DNA of 64,000 nt from Calcarisporiella thermophila CBS 279.70 (taxonomy: Eukaryota > Fungi > Calcarisporiellomycota), in NCBI RefSeq assembly GCF_041956535.1, contig NW_027192202.1, positions 33,194-97,193 on the forward strand, written 5' to 3'. Below, piece after piece: positions 26,205-40,310 of this stretch (position 1 is its first letter; every line of letters starts with the position of its first letter). Made by a program: the position numbers and the translations under genes. The notes under the pieces were generated by a model that made no database searches, was not told where the DNA came from, and worked only from the letters and a program-made list of their open reading frames with translations.

Positions 26205-29200
26205 TTAAAGAAGCGCAAGGGTTTCTCGCACGGCTCCCAATACGGGCTCCTCGCATCCTTTAGCGATTTTCTCAAGGATTGGCCGAGCCTCCATCAAAAG
26301 TGCGGCTTCCTTGTTAGCAGAGGCTTGGGATATCTACATGACACCAAATTAAAGTTAAATCAAGGTATTGTAATGGATTGGCAGGGTAGGATGCATGCTT
26401 ACCAAAGTTCCGAGAGCGACCACAGCTCTAAATATGTTTTCTGCATCATTTTCGGTCTTTAAAAACTATGCGTATTTCAAGAGAGATATTAATGTAGAAA
26501 ATGTTTCCTGCAGCAATGGTTTACGGCTCTCATTTACCTCTAATATCAATCCCACAAGTTGTAAACCGTTCTCATCTTCTCCCTTCTCACATAAAAGTAC
26601 AGCAATGCTATTAATAATAAAAAGGCAGAATATGGATCAAATAACTCTACAATGAATTATTAAAGCCGTTGTGCAATATATACTTTAGATATACCGTAGC
26701 AAGTGCGAGGCGCGCATTTTTATTCCCAACTCGAGTCCATGCCTCCGCAATAGTATCCAGAAGCTTTGCGCATTCTTTGTCCACCAATGGTCGAGTTTCA
26801 GGAGCGGCAATCAAGTTAGCAATTCCTCTAAGTGCAAGCATCAAATTTGTCTCTTGCTCCTTAGTGGCCAGCGGTGCAGCTACCTCTTCAAGACCAGCAC
26901 CGAGTAGGAAGCCTACTATTGTCTTATCACCATGCTGAAAAGTAGCAGCACATTGTGGGAATTTTGATACGTATAAGCGAAGGAGATCGAGGGCAGGAAA
27001 ACGCATTGCGATAGGCCAGCTTGCCATCTTAATTAAAAGAGAGAGGTCTTGGTCAGAGGAGTGTTGATAGGGAGCATTAAGGTTCTTTAGAATTGAACTG
27101 AGAGTGGAAACTTCGGATTCAGTCAGTGCAGCATCCGGCTATCAAAATTTAAATTCCTATGAGTGTCGAGAGGTGTTCATAGAGTAATATTTTTGATTAC
27201 TTGAGTATTGCGCAACCCTTCGTTCAGCTGAAGAATCTTCTTCTCGATCAACCCTAAGTTCGCTTGCAAAAATGTAAGATAAGATTTTTGAGGGATCAAG
27301 GGCTGGCGAGATTGTGGTGCGGGAGCCTGTGTAATATTGGATCGATAGCTTGCGGCACCTAGAAAACAGATGGATTATTTCACAGAAGCAACAAAGAACA
27401 AAAAAGCAAAAGACTCACCTGTAAAAGGATCTCCAAAAGCTTGGGTTGTCGGAGCAGGGCCGCTTGATCTAGGCGTATATCTTGAGCCTCCTGTGAATGG
27501 GTCCATACCACTGCCAGCAGCTGATTGAGGTATAGAAGAGGGTGTATAGCGTGATGCACCTGTAAAGGGATCGACGAATTCGTTTGAGCCGATCGAAGAG
27601 ACCTGTGCGTTTTTGATGATGAACTCGGCAACTTGATCAAGATAGGATTGTGGAAGCTCATGTTGGTGCAAAAAACGTTGTGCGGCCGTGTATGGGTTTT
27701 CTATTGCACAAAATCCAAGTATTAGTAAAGATACAAAGGAGCCTATAGAAGATCCGCCAAAAAATCTCACCCGTTACGTTGTATGGCAGCTTCAAGTGAG
27801 GTATGCCCTCTCCGATATCAATGGAAAACACATAATCATATTCTTTCCCTTCGTAAAGCTGCTTGCGACTCTCCCCAACCGCATCTACAACCTCTCCAAT
27901 TTTGTGCCACTGCTTATCATTCATGCTCCACTGTTTATGAACACTTCAAATGTCATTAAGGATTACAATGTTGAAAATCAAACCATATTCAGACCTGGTA
28001 GGCTTCTACTTTATCTCCTGCACGTACCATTGCCACTTCACCCTCCTTCTTGCCGGGGCGGTTAAGGGTTTCTGGGAGCTCATCTTTTCTCAGATCTCCC
28101 ACCTGATTTTTGGGAATGGCAAACGAAGATACTAGCTCATTAAAGCGCTATATAAAGCAATCAAATCCAAATTTAGCACCCATGATGAATGGCGCTTATT
28201 TACATCAAATAGACCTTGATTTCTTCTGCACTCGCCACTCGCTCATTTGCACGAGTGAATACTCTAATTATAGAATCGCTACCTCCGCACACTATATCAC
28301 CGTTTGGCAAAGATGATACGGTCCATACAGAAACACAGGGCTGCAACAAGGTCTGAATGCATTCTCCATCTGGATTAGGATAAAAGGTTAGCGAGAGAGG
28401 TAAAATCGAGTACTCTGAATGCGCACAAACTACCTCTCCAAATGCGTACAGAGCGATCCTCTCCGCTTGACACGAACTCGCCCGTTGAAAGTACGTTGAC
28501 TGAATATACAAACGAGGTATGCCCGTGAAGCTCTTGTAAGCACTGTCCATTCAGAGACCATACACGTAGAGAACTATTGGAAAGTCACTGAATATGTAAA
28601 TACAATAGGGGACTGTGCAGTATTTTTAAACAGTACCCATCGTTGCTACAAGAAATGAATCCAACCCCAGGCACTATAGCTAGTCCACGTACGCAATCGC
28701 TGTGACCATTAAAATCGCGGACATGCTTCCCTTCTCGCCAGAGTTTTATTGTCTTATCAGCGGAGCCTAGAAAATGCTTTTTGAACAATCCTTGTTTTGA
28801 CACTCCTAACAAATTTTGCTCACCAGTTAATATCTCAGAATCGCTAAGTGCCAAAACTGCCCATACTGCGTGGGTATGCCCAGTAATTGTGTAGGCACAT
28901 TGCCAATTTTTCCAAACTTTAACCGTGCTATTGATATTGGGAAGGAAAATGTTTAATAGAACGAAATGTAATAAAAAATCTAGAAGAGTGGATACGCTAC
29001 TTATCCCACGAGCCCGAGACGATATGCCCAGAAGGTGAAACTGCTAATGCACAGACATTGTCCTTGTGCCCAACCAGTGTGTAAATGGGCTCTTGAGAAC
29101 GCTCTGGGTCAAAGATATTCACAACTTTATCACTACCACCACTAACGATTAAACCCTGATCGTGGCCAGGCATTGGAGGAACGTAGGCAAGTGAATTAAT

Positions 29201-29471
29201 GAAATTGGTGTGTCCAAGGAATTGGCGTGTCGATTCGAAGCGACCATTGTTAGTATATTTCCAACTTCGAACTGTTTTATCACGCGACGCAGAAAGAATG
29301 ACCGTATCATTAGGTGCTGTAACCGCACGAACCTTGAACGCAATAGAAAAATGGTTAGATATCAAGATGTGTTTAGTATTAGTTTAAATAGATAATGCAA
29401 TGTCAAAAATAGCATACATCCTGTTCATGGCCGGTGAGAATAGCGGAAAGTTGGTATTGATGTTGGCTCAT
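26205..29471 (-). CDS. DOA1: Doa1/Ufd3/PLAA: WD40, PFU and PUL domains, multi-exon
   Basis: LTGHEQDVRAV, SASRDKT, SGSWDK, YEGKEYDYVFSIDI..LKLPYN, LPQSYLDQVAEFI, DPFTG repeats, RFPALDLLRL. Confidence 0.93.
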
Positions 29472-30115
29472 ATTAATCAATTAATTCCTCTTGCCAGGAA
29501 TTTGCGCGTATCTAGCTGTAAAGTAGAATAAAAGAGGAATTTGAATTGCAAGTCACGCTTACGTACCTTACACGTCTCTCTTTGTATTAATGATACTGAG
29601 ATGAATTCAATTTTCTAGCCACTTCTCTTTGGACATCTAAATACAAGCATCATAGTCGCTGACAGTCACCCTGACTAGGGTTGCAAGGATTTTCATCTGC
29701 ACCTAAATTTGTGAGGCTCTTTAGAGCTGGATATATAGTTTGATAATATTACGCTGAATGAAGGCCATTTGCAACTATCTTTAGCAATCACTACTGTATG
29801 CTTTCAGCCCTACAAATATTACAAGATATTAGCTATTCAAGTAAAATATGAGTGAGTAACTTCTGTACTAAATAGTTAGCCAATATCACCTCGATCTTAA
29901 GGATAGTTAGTAGTTACTATCATCATGATAACTCCACCGTTATAATATTGATAGTCTTTGGTCTTTCTCCGAATCCAAATTCTGAGCCAGTTAGGCAAAC
30001 TTTGCCACAACTAATTTCTGTGACTTGTAGTCTGGCTGCTGGTGGCAGATTAAGCCATATGCTATTCTCCCGACTCTTTCGCCATTCGTAACATTAATAA
30101 TTCTATATACCACAT

Positions 30116-31099
30116 ATGTCTTCACAACCATCGCCCGATCCAGTCGATAGAGCACGAATTCTCGTGATAGGTGACGCGGGAGTAGTAAGTTTTTGGCCGA
30201 ATTTTATTCTGAAATTGTCATGATTTTATGTTCGTTACCTGTCCCAGGGCAAAAGCAGCCTAATCCACATGCTATGTCATGAGGAGCCTCTACGTGTCCC
30301 CTCACACACCGTAGGATTTCATATTGATGTCAAGGTAACCTTCTTGCTTTTGTTTTTTGTGCCTATCTTATCTAAGAGGTGCTAATTCATTAAATTGCTT
30401 AGATTTATACACCATCATGGGCGAACTCTCGTCCTATCTTTCTTGAGTTTCTTGAAGTTCCCTCCAATAGCAAACATCCTCAAACATTACAACTGTTACA
30501 ACATCAGCAAGTCCATGCGGTCATTTTGGTACATGATTGTTGTAATTCCAGGAGTTATAAGAATCTGTGGAGATGGATTGAGCGGATCAGTAAATGGGTT
30601 GGTGTAAGAGACGTTATGGGAGGACAAGAGAGTGAGTATAAATAGTCTATCCACTCTCCACCAGTTATCTATGTATAATAATGGCAGCAGTGTTGTACTG
30701 ACAAAGTGAACTTGTTACTACACTATAGGCGACCTTCGGCTCTCTGTACCGATTTTAGTAGTAGGAACTAAATCGGATCTTGCAGTACGGCTGCAAGAAC
30801 TTCAGGGTCGTCTTCGTCGCTGCACTGTAGCAAAAAAATTTGGAGGCGATGCTATTACTCTGTGCGCAATATCGCCTGGGCATTTCACTCCTTCCGCGGG
30901 AGTGACTTATGAGAATATAGTAAAGTTTTTCGATACGGTTGTGGAGCATAGATTCGGTGGTAGTGGAATGAGGAACGGGGTCGGTCGTATTGAACCCGCT
31001 GGCATGAACAGAGGCAAAGGGGGATCTATCCATGGATTTTATGCACATTCGGATTCAGTCGGAGCGCTGAGCAGCAGTTCCAGGCGGTATCCTCTGTAA
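30116..31099 (+). CDS. Rab-like protein 3 (RABL3)-like small GTPase, 4 exons
   Basis: RILVIGDAGV|GKSSLIHMLC, TVGFHIDVK, VILVHD..NSRSYKNLWRW, PILVVGTKSD; no CAAX. Confidence 0.78.
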
Positions 31100-31442
31100 A
31101 ATTTAATAGAACTGTAAATTTCTGTTCATATGACACTTAAAGATGATTGCTATTGTTATGAAATAAAAGCATGCTAGAAAAGAATAACAACAAGCGAAAG
31201 TTCAGCAATAAATTTGGTCAAGAGAATGGGTTGAATGCCAAAGTATACATGTGAAATGGTAAGGAATTCCAAAAATAAAAAAAAAGAATTGAGAAATAAA
31301 ATATGCAGCACAGTCATAAACAATAATATATATATAAATAAAAGATGCTGAAAAAATTCCAAAGGAAGCACGCGCTCTGTTTGCTTCCCGCTCTATCTAC
31401 TACACGAAATGTGAGTGTTGTACCTCACTAAAATTGTCTGGG

Positions 31443-32643
31443 TCATTGTTGATTGAAATTATGGCTGGTCGCTTGAATTCTTGAGCCAAAAGATGGCAGA
31501 GTATTGGTGGTCACTGGCCGCACTTCATGCGATTGTTTCCGTACGCCTAGAGGATTCTTCGAAAAGCTAAGCCGGATTCCGCCGCGAGTGGAGCATTTCA
31601 GAATGGTGCCTTGCAGTTCCATTAGAGCTTGCATCGCATATTCTACGTTCTCGAACTCTACAAAGCACATAGGAGAGTTCCCTTTCGTGCGGAATGAAAG
31701 GCGATGATAACCAGGGCTCCGAGAGAAGAGATGGCGAATTTCCTCCTCGGAGGCGTTGGCCGGAAGATTGCCAACGTAAAGGGTATTGCAGGGTGGATTT
31801 TGATCTGCAGGATTGAGCGAAGGGACTAGCCAAGAAAAAGGATACTGATTTTTTGTGGAGGAGCTGAGGGGGAAGATGGGTGTGACTGGAGAGGGTGGGA
31901 GTGCTAAGGAGTTGCAAGCTGCAATATCATCCTTACCGACACTTTTTCCGAGCTCCAAGGCTCCGAACCCCTTGGTGATACTCCAAATATCACCTGGCGT
32001 AACCGATGGAGTGGAGGTGGGTACTGAACGGGATCTTGGGATGCCATTAAGATCATAAGTATCAGCTTTCAGACTTCGCCTCTGTTCTGTCCCCGACAAA
32101 CTAGTCGATATGTAATTTGAGCTCGTCTCCGTAAATATGTCGTAGTTATACTCTGTGGGAGATAGTAAGTCTGCGGGCAAAGAAAGAGGATTCGGATGTA
32201 GGTCATATGAGCTTAAACCCCCTGTGGAAGCCGGAGGGCTGGGAAACGGCAAGTGTTCGCCAGATCGCTTGATGTGCAAATTCTTTTTGGCCATTTTAGC
32301 TTTGAGTATACTACCCCGTTCTACATCGACTCGTCTCCCACTCAGGATACTAAGGGCTTGAAGTGCCTCCTGCTGAGTGCGAAACTTTGCAAATCCAATC
32401 TTGCCAAATCTCATGGTGAATTGAAGATTAAAAGAGCAAGAAAAATTCCAAACTTACTATTTTCTCCTGAGCCAATTCATTATCCTTTAGTGACGGCAAT
32501 TTCAGAATGGCAGCTTCAAATCCCGGACAGAATGTAAACATATTCTGGAATTCCCGCTCCTTCATATCCTCTGGAAAACCCACCACGAATATTGTGGATA
32601 TTTCCTCAGCGTAGTCAAGAGGCAACGAGAGCGGAAAAGACAT
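31443..32643 (-). CDS. Whi3/Scw1-family RRM RNA-binding protein, 2 coding exons
   Basis: [70 protein letters not shown]. Confidence 0.88.
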
Positions 32644-33326
32644 CAAGGGTCTAGTAGGGAAGATAAGTCAACACATGGTCCAATTTCAATAGCAAGCTTA
32701 TCTCTGACCTTGTTAATTTACAATGTCGATGTGAACCTTGCGCTCCAAATTTGCAGACTTGGAGCGCTTCCTTTTACGCTTTGGAGAAAGCTTTTTAATT
32801 GTGGCGAAAATTAGTGTACGTCATAGCCATTCGAACCTAAAATCACTCGATAAAGAAAAATCTGCATTTGGTGCTGGTTAAAGTATTCTACAAAGCTTAA
32901 AGGGAAAAGGAGGGGCAAGCCAGCGGAATAAGGAAGGGGGGTTATCCACTGCACCTGCCCTGTCTGGAACAGGAATGAGAGGAGCAATGCCGTTGCAGAG
33001 TGTTTATCTCTCAAACTAATTGCACTTGAGCAACCTACTTTATATACTATGAATACCAAGCCTAGGTTAGGTTATTGAATCGGCGCACGGAATAGAACCG
33101 TTTTCTGTCCCTGTCTTTTTGTCCCTAGCTCCTCTCTTTTCACACTAAATTTCAACCACCCCCAAAAATCCGAAACCACAATCTAACATCCCTTTGCGCC
33201 TACAACTCTTCCTCTCAACGCGTTTTTCGCAATTTTTTTTCTTCTTTCTGGGCGATTTCGACTAAATCCCATTTCCTTGAAAGCAAGAAACACTTCATCT
33301 TCTGATTAGATTATCCGTAGAACAAG

Positions 33327-34298
33327 ATGATGCTCTACAAATTAGTTGTTCTGGGTGATGGGGGTGTTGGCAAAGTTAGTATTAATCTTGATTGCCCATA
33401 TTCTGAAATGTCCTTATCTAATTTTTATATCATATTTTTCTCATCCCATTTAGACTGCCTTGACAATTCAGGTACGCGCATAGATGCTCTGAATTTATGT
33501 TCTATTTTACCTATGGTTAATGTTTTTTTTTATACGGTTTAGCTGTGTTTAAATCATTTCGTTGGTAAGTATTTAAATTTAGAGATGGATCAATCATCTT
33601 GATCAGAGATGTCTAAAATGTCCCTGTTCTTGTTTCCCAAAACCTATTTGGTAAACAGAGGTAAGCATCCACACCCCTCATCATTCGGAAACGCTTATCT
33701 TTTGAGCAGTTGTAACCCATGCTTTTTTTAATTGTTGATTCCAGACATATGATCCAACGATTGAGGACTCGTACCGTAAACAAGTGGTTATAGATGATCA
33801 GCCTTGTGTATTGGAGGTGCTCGACACTGCTGGCCAAGGTAATATTGAATGAGCCCAGACCTATAGAGCAAACACGGAGGTTGATTCTGTATTTTCCCCC
33901 CTTTAATAGAGGAATATACCGCTTTGAGAGATCAATGGATTCGTGACGGCGAGGGCTTTCTTATTGTTTATTCCATCACCTCTCGCTCCACGTTTGAACG
34001 CGTAGAGCGTTTCCGTGATCAAATCTTCCGCGTCAAGGACGTCGACCGTGTTCCCCTGATGCTGGTTGGAAATAAATGTGATAAGGTAACGGAACGCGAG
34101 GTATCTCGTGAAGAAGGATACCACATGGCGCGCCGATTGGGCTGCGAATTTATTGAGACCTCAGCCAAAACTTGTGTGAATGTAGAGCGATCATTCTACT
34201 CTGTCGTTCGCATGATACGTGCTAATCGCGAGGGTGCCAACTTCAATAATCGCACAGCAACCAAAGAAAAGAAGAAGAAGAAGTGCTTGATTCTATAG
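33327..34298 (+). CDS. RAS2: Ras GTPase (fungal Ras2 type); exons 33327-33374, 33454-33471, 33543-33564, 33659-33660, 33745-33838, 33910-34298
   Basis: [13 protein letters not shown]|TALTIQ|LCLNHFVE|[30 protein letters not shown], polybasic tail plus CAAX (KKKKKCLIL). Confidence 0.95.
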
Positions 34299-34299
34299 A

Positions 34300-34830
34300 G
34301 TTTTTCCAGTTTCTTATATACGGTTAAATTTCCTTTTTATTATTTTTTGGAAGGAGGAAGAGAAAGGAAGAGCAGAAAGAAATTAGGAGAAATGAACGGA
34401 AAATGAGACTAAAAACGAGTGAAGGAAACGGTAGTTAATATCAGTGGCGATACTTTTTCCATTTTTTTCTTTCTTTTCTGTTTACTCTTCTTGCTTCTTG
34501 TATACCTTCTTTCTTTTTTTTTACAATTTCACATATAACTTTTTTTTTTTACTGCGGTCTATCTTTATTATTCTTTACTATTGTTATCTTTCTCTTCTAT
34601 TATTTTTTTTTCTTTTTTCATTTTTTTTTCAACCCAATCCCTTTCTTTATTACTTTTCTCTTTCAATTTTTCAACTTCAACCTCCTTATTGCCTTATTTT
34701 TCTGCATTCTTTCTTTTTTTTTTCAATCGATCTACTTGTTATGTTCCTTATTATATATGTGCTGGAAAGGGCGACAAAAATTCTGTTTTATTATACTATG
34801 TTTTTTTATCTTTTTTTCATGTTTTCTACA
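34300..34830. repeat. Low-complexity T-rich/purine-rich 3' region downstream of Ras
   Basis: Long T runs and (TTC/TTTA)-type tracts. Confidence 0.6.
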
Positions 34831-35242
34831 CTCTGGTAGTAAAGGAGCCGAGACACACTCCATTAAATAGGAGATTACTTTGAGCAGCAATCATGCATAG
34901 AGGAAGTCCTTTGGGTCAAACTCAGAGCAATTCAGAATTCAATGAGACGCTCCAATTTGGTCAAGGATAAACAAACAATATGAATTTCTTTCCATATGCG
35001 ATATCGGAGAGAAAAAAAGCACCGTTTCTCCTATCGATATTTCACCAGCTCAGCTCCCTTCCGTACGATGCTTCAATTTCTCCTTTCCTATACCCTGAGT
35101 TTTCTTTCATCATAGCCTCTCTCTTCATCGTGAATGAGCATCTAGCATTATCCCGTAAGCAGCCCAAGTTCATTGACGAATTACCCTCTTGATTCTGCAG
35201 TTTAGATTAGTGCTGGGTTGAGCAGGAATCAATTCAGTCATC

Positions 35243-37336
35243 ATGGTAGAAATCAACACTATCCCTCCTTCCCCACAGACAACATGTTCCCCCTTCACCC
35301 CACACCCTCCTACCCCCATCCCGCCAAATCCGGCAGATACTCCACCGAACGAAAAGCGATCATTTTCTGCATGCTCTGATCTCACGGCGACAGACGAATG
35401 TACAGATAAGATTGCGGAGCAACCAGAAACTACAGCGCCGATTGAAAGCGACGCTGATCCAGGTCACTCAATACCCTACACGTGGTATGAAGGTCGGATG
35501 TATTATGACGACGAACGCATAAAAGTATACCGACGCATATTTCTACTTTTGCTTGAAATGTCATTGAGCATAGTATATGCACAATTTAGTATCCACTTCC
35601 TGTCGATGCAAAGGAAATCGGTAGAATGGAGATAGAACATAAAATCGCAAAGGAGGCATTTATGACGTATGTATTCTGCTATATTATTTACTCTTCACTC
35701 ATTCTGACGTCGCCTATAACGCTGGTATGATGTCCTAGGCCACACTGTGCGCCTATTGCCGAAATTCTCGAAAAAGGAGGCCGTGTTCTTGATATTGGGT
35801 AAGTTTACGAGGGAGTAATTCAATAATTAATTTATGCATGGGATGTTAAAAACCGCTACAATAAAAAGATGTGGTGCAGCCAACTGGATCCTTGACATGG
35901 CGGAGCTCTATCCGAATGCCAAATTTACCGGCTTCGACATCAGTCCTATTTTTCCCCATGGTATGGAGCGAGATAATGTCGAATTTGTTTGTGGAAACGC
36001 ACTGGACGCTTTGCCGTTTCCTGATGGGCATTTTGACTATGTATATCAAAGGAGTATGGTGTTGTCCTATGGTTTGGAAGACTGGAGCCGGGTCATGAAA
36101 GAAGTAGTAAGAATCACCAAGGAAGGTGGTTGGGTCGAACTGGTCGAAACGGATTGGGAATGGAAAAAAGGAGGCGCCACTTGGGAGACTTTTCTGAGCC
36201 CAATGAGTAAGTACACGATTTTGTGCCATCGTAGTTGCAATTTTGTAGGTCTACTCTTTCCTTGGGAGGTGGCTAAATTATGATTCTTTGCAATTACAGT
36301 GAAACACGCACTCAAAACCAAAGGGTTTTACACGTCGGTTGCCCACCATCTAGGACCGCTTCTTAGAGCCCATCTCTCACCACTCCCTAACCCTAACAGT
36401 CCCTCCCCCGATACGCCTGCAATATCCACAAGTTCGATACGTTTTGCCTACAAAAGTGTTCCCGTTGGCCCTTGGGCAGGCACGCTTTCTCAACTCTCTT
36501 TTGTCGACCTATTCTCTTTCTTAAGCGCCGTGCGGCCATTCCTCACTACCATTTTGAACTGGTCAGGGCAGGAATGGGATGAAATTGTGAGAAGGTGCAA
36601 ATATGAAGGAGAGAAGTCCCTAGGGTATATAGACTGGTATGTCGCTTTTGGATGTAAACCCGCCCAGGCCACCATTACATGCAAAGAGAAGAGCGATGAG
36701 CGAAACACTCTGGCGGAAGAATGGCTGGAGGCGATCCAATCGGAGGCCATGTCTGAGGAGGCCGAGCGCATGGAAAATAAAGCGGGCGATGACCTTGATC
36801 AACTGATCAAACGATTCCACGCGGAAGAGAGGCAGGCGTGGTGGAACAAAAATGGGGCTGGATTTAGCGAGTCATTCAGATTGCTGCTCCCCTCCGTCTC
36901 CATTAGCTCGCACCTCTCTTCGCTGGCAACTAAAATATACACCAAGGATGATCAGGCGAATAAGGATGAGCCTGAGCTGAAGTCATCCAAAGCACTCCGA
37001 TATTCCACCGTGAGAGCCTTCCTATCTCGGCGGTCGGTGTCAATGCCCTCTCTAAGTAGGATTTTCTTCTCGCGTCAAAACTCGGCGAAGGTAGACAAGG
37101 AGCTTGAGAGGGTGGATTCTGGCATTGCCAAGATAGACAGCATCAACGAAAAGTATGCAGCGGAAAAGATGCGAAAGAAAACTCGGCGGCCGGTTCCAAT
37201 CAAGTGGTTTGGCACCTTGAGAAATCGAAAGATATCCCTGACCAACGCCAAAATCGCGAAAACGACGGCTGCCGGGGCGGACTCCGCATTGGCTAGCGAT
37301 TTGCTTAAGGCGAGCGATTCTTCATGTGCTGAGTGA
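35243..37336 (+). CDS. Class I SAM-dependent methyltransferase (LaeA-like family) with long C-terminal extension, multi-exon
   Basis: YPLPVDAKEIGRMEIEH, GRVLDIG|CGAANWILDMA, FTGFDISP, LPFPDGHFDYVYQR, RITKEGGWVELVE. Confidence 0.85.
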
Positions 37337-37837
37337 CACGTATATTCCTAAAAAAAAGGTTTATTGTAATACTGCGTCTCTGTTGTATGACTATTAAGGT
37401 TTTTTAATTGTTTTTAAACACTCGGAAATTCAACCTATGCAAACGACTCTTCATTTGTATATTGATTTTTTATTATCTACAGAAAGAAAGTAAAATAATA
37501 ATAAAAATAATAATAGTAAAGAAACATTCACACTGCTATGACTCTAGTTAAAATATTAATATAAAAAGGGTGGGAAAAAAGAGCATACGAGTTGCACTAT
37601 TATGATCAACCGCGCATGAAAGGAGTTGAAGTTATTTTAAAAAGGGGGGGAGAAATTAAATGCTATTGTTTTTCAGATTCGCACTAGAGAGAAGAAAAAA
37701 AAGGGAAGGAGGAGGGAGAGTGGGAGGCAAGGTAAGGAAAAAAGATAAAAAAAATACAAACTAGGCAATTAGTAAAGTAAAATTGACAGAAGAAAAATCA
37801 AATTGAATTACAAATAAAAAAAAATTGAAAAAAAAGC

Positions 37838-40310
37838 TTATATCGCAACCCGCTTCCCAACCTTTCTTTCGCCCCTTTGCAATTTTTCCTCCTTGTCTCC
37901 CAGAATTTCTTCGCCTCTCTTCCGCTTCCGTATTGATTCTTCTGGAGAAGAGTCGAGGGAGAGTGAGGCTTCCCTATCCTTCTCCTTCTTGACGAGGGCG
38001 GGTTTAGCCTCGGACGCTAATCTTTTCCTGTGGTCGGGCCGGGAAGTTGGGCTTTCTTTTGCGCTGCCGCTAGCGTGGGAATGTGGCGAGGATGCAGAGG
38101 GAGAGGGAGAAGAAAAGGAGGGGGAAGAGTGCGAAGAGGTAGATGCTGGGGTAGTGGGCGAGCTTCTCTCCACTTTCCCTCTTCTTGATTCACGATCTCT
38201 CGACTCGCGCCCCTTGTCTCGCTCTCTCTCCTTTTCGGCGGACCTCTCCCGGCCCTTCAACCTCCCACTGCTCCGGTCTTGTCCCCGTTCCACCAGCAGA
38301 GACTTCAACAAGGATTTCTCGACCTCCAGTTTCCGCACCTCCTCCTCCAGGAGTCTCAATCTTGCCCGGTGCCGGCGCTCTTCTTCCACCTCAGCCTCAA
38401 GAGCACGGACCCGCTCCTCAAGCTCACGGTTACGGGCCTCAAGCTCGGGGAGAGATTTAAGAGGGGGAAGGTCAAGGCACTCCGACTGGTTGTCCGAGGT
38501 TGGAGGGTGATGATGGTTGGGGTAGCTATGGTGCCGGTGGTGCTGGTGGTTAAGCAGGCCGCCCACCGTGCTTGCAGCGGCTACCGGGGTGGAAGCACTG
38601 GCTCCGGGCGGTGGTAGACCGGATGGCGGATAGCATGCCGCGGTACTAGAGGGCGAGACCTCGGTTGGAGGTCCAATCTGTTTTTGGGTGTGATGAGGAA
38701 TAATAAGGGGAGCAACCACAGGTTTCCCATCCTTGCTGACAAGGGTTTGCGCGCCGGCGGCAGAGGCCGAGGTGGCGCTTGTTGGGGACATAGCATTGGC
38801 GGTGGTAGGGGAAACTCCAAGCCGGTTCAGTCCGATATTCTGCATGGGAGGGTGATGCGGCTGAACCGCGGTTGTGGGCGACTGGGTCGGTCTGATCGCG
38901 AATAGGGGGCTGTTCGCCGAGGGGATAGACTCTGCCTTGACTCCGCTTGCAGAATTTGGGACAGGCGAATAGCCATCATGGTCCTGATGAGGCTGATGGG
39001 AATGTGGCTGATGAGAGTGGGTGCTTGGGCTCGCCATGAGTGGGGCGCCGTAGTTCCAGTTCTGTTCTCCGGACCGCAGCGCAGTGGTAGTGCTCAGCGG
39101 TGGAGAGGAGGATGCGCTCGAGGATGAGCTGGCATTGGCCATGGCGGACGTCTGTGAGTTGGAGGAATCTTGATGCTTGGAGGGAGGCTGGTGCTTGCGC
39201 TGAGTCTCCTGGTGGTGCGGCTGCAATCGCTGGCTTTTCTGTGCAGCATTGCATGCACTGCGTCCCTCAGTGCGCATATGGCGGTTGAGGGCATCGAGCC
39301 GAGCAAAGGAGCGATTGCAGGTAGGACATACGTAGGGGCGCTCACCCGTATGCAGCTTCTGATGACGTTTGAGATCGTGGTGTCTTCGGAATTGCTGTTT
39401 GCACTCTGGGCACTAAATAAATGGTATAATAAACGGCATAATAAACGGCATATTAGTTTAGAGGATTTAGGATGGGAAAAGTTAAAGAAACGCATTCAAA
39501 AATTCGTGGATACACGGAGTGATGAATCGAATTGATGGGGAGAGGAGAATTTACCTCAAACGGGCGCTCCTCTGTATGGGTTAGATAGTGTGATTTGAGA
39601 TTGTGCTGCCGTGTAAAGGTCAACTCACATCGGTCGCACGAGTAAGGTTTGTCTGGGGTGCTGGCCGTGCTTCTCGGGGGGGCAGGTGACTTCTGTAGCC
39701 GGAGAGTTGTAAAAGTCCCTGCGCCTGCCGAGCCAACGGGGGTTAGCGGAGACATGGAAGTGTAGTGGGAAGGAATGGCGGAATGTGGGACTTGATGTGA
39801 AGGATGATCCTGTTGGATGAGGGGGGCAAGCGCAGGCCGCTGCGAGTCAGAAGCGGAGTGGTGAGGATAGTGGGCCGGGGCGAGTGGAACGTAGCCATTC
39901 GCTTGGTGCGAGTGCAGATGTGGAGGGGTCGGAGGCCGGGGCGTGATATTGGTTGGCGCATAGCTGCGCACAGGCTCCCGCATATTGTTGTTCGGTACAG
40001 CGGGAGAGAGGGGGGTCAAGAGATTACCACCCATGACCGATGACGTCGCACTCACAGGTGCAGTAGCCGAAGAAGAGGAGGAGGAAGCGGTGGAGGGCGC
40101 AGTGGTAGCAGGCAAAAAAGCAGATGCAGCAGCGGCGCTGGCGAGTAAGCCCATTGGAGAGAGTGGGGCTGTGGAGGGCGGATCAAAATGTTCGCTTGGA
40201 CGTTTGGCAATCGACGAAATTGGGGGGTCCTGTTTAGTAGGGGAGAGAGTCTGGGCAGCCTGATGCGCATGATCTTCGTTGTGATGTGATCTCTCTTCCA
40301 TCGTGGTCAT
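37838..40310 (-). CDS. C2H2 zinc-finger transcription factor (3 fingers, C-terminal coiled coil), intron 39554-39413
   Basis: CDRCELTFTRQHNLKSHYLTH-TEERPFE-CPECKQQFRRHHDLKRHQKLH-TGERPYV-CPTCNRSFARLDALNRH; heptad ELEARNRELEERVRALEAEV. Confidence 0.9.

Noticed and set aside
34444-34883. Phe/Leu-rich 'membrane' ORFs
   Set aside because: Translation of the T-rich low-complexity Ras 3' region
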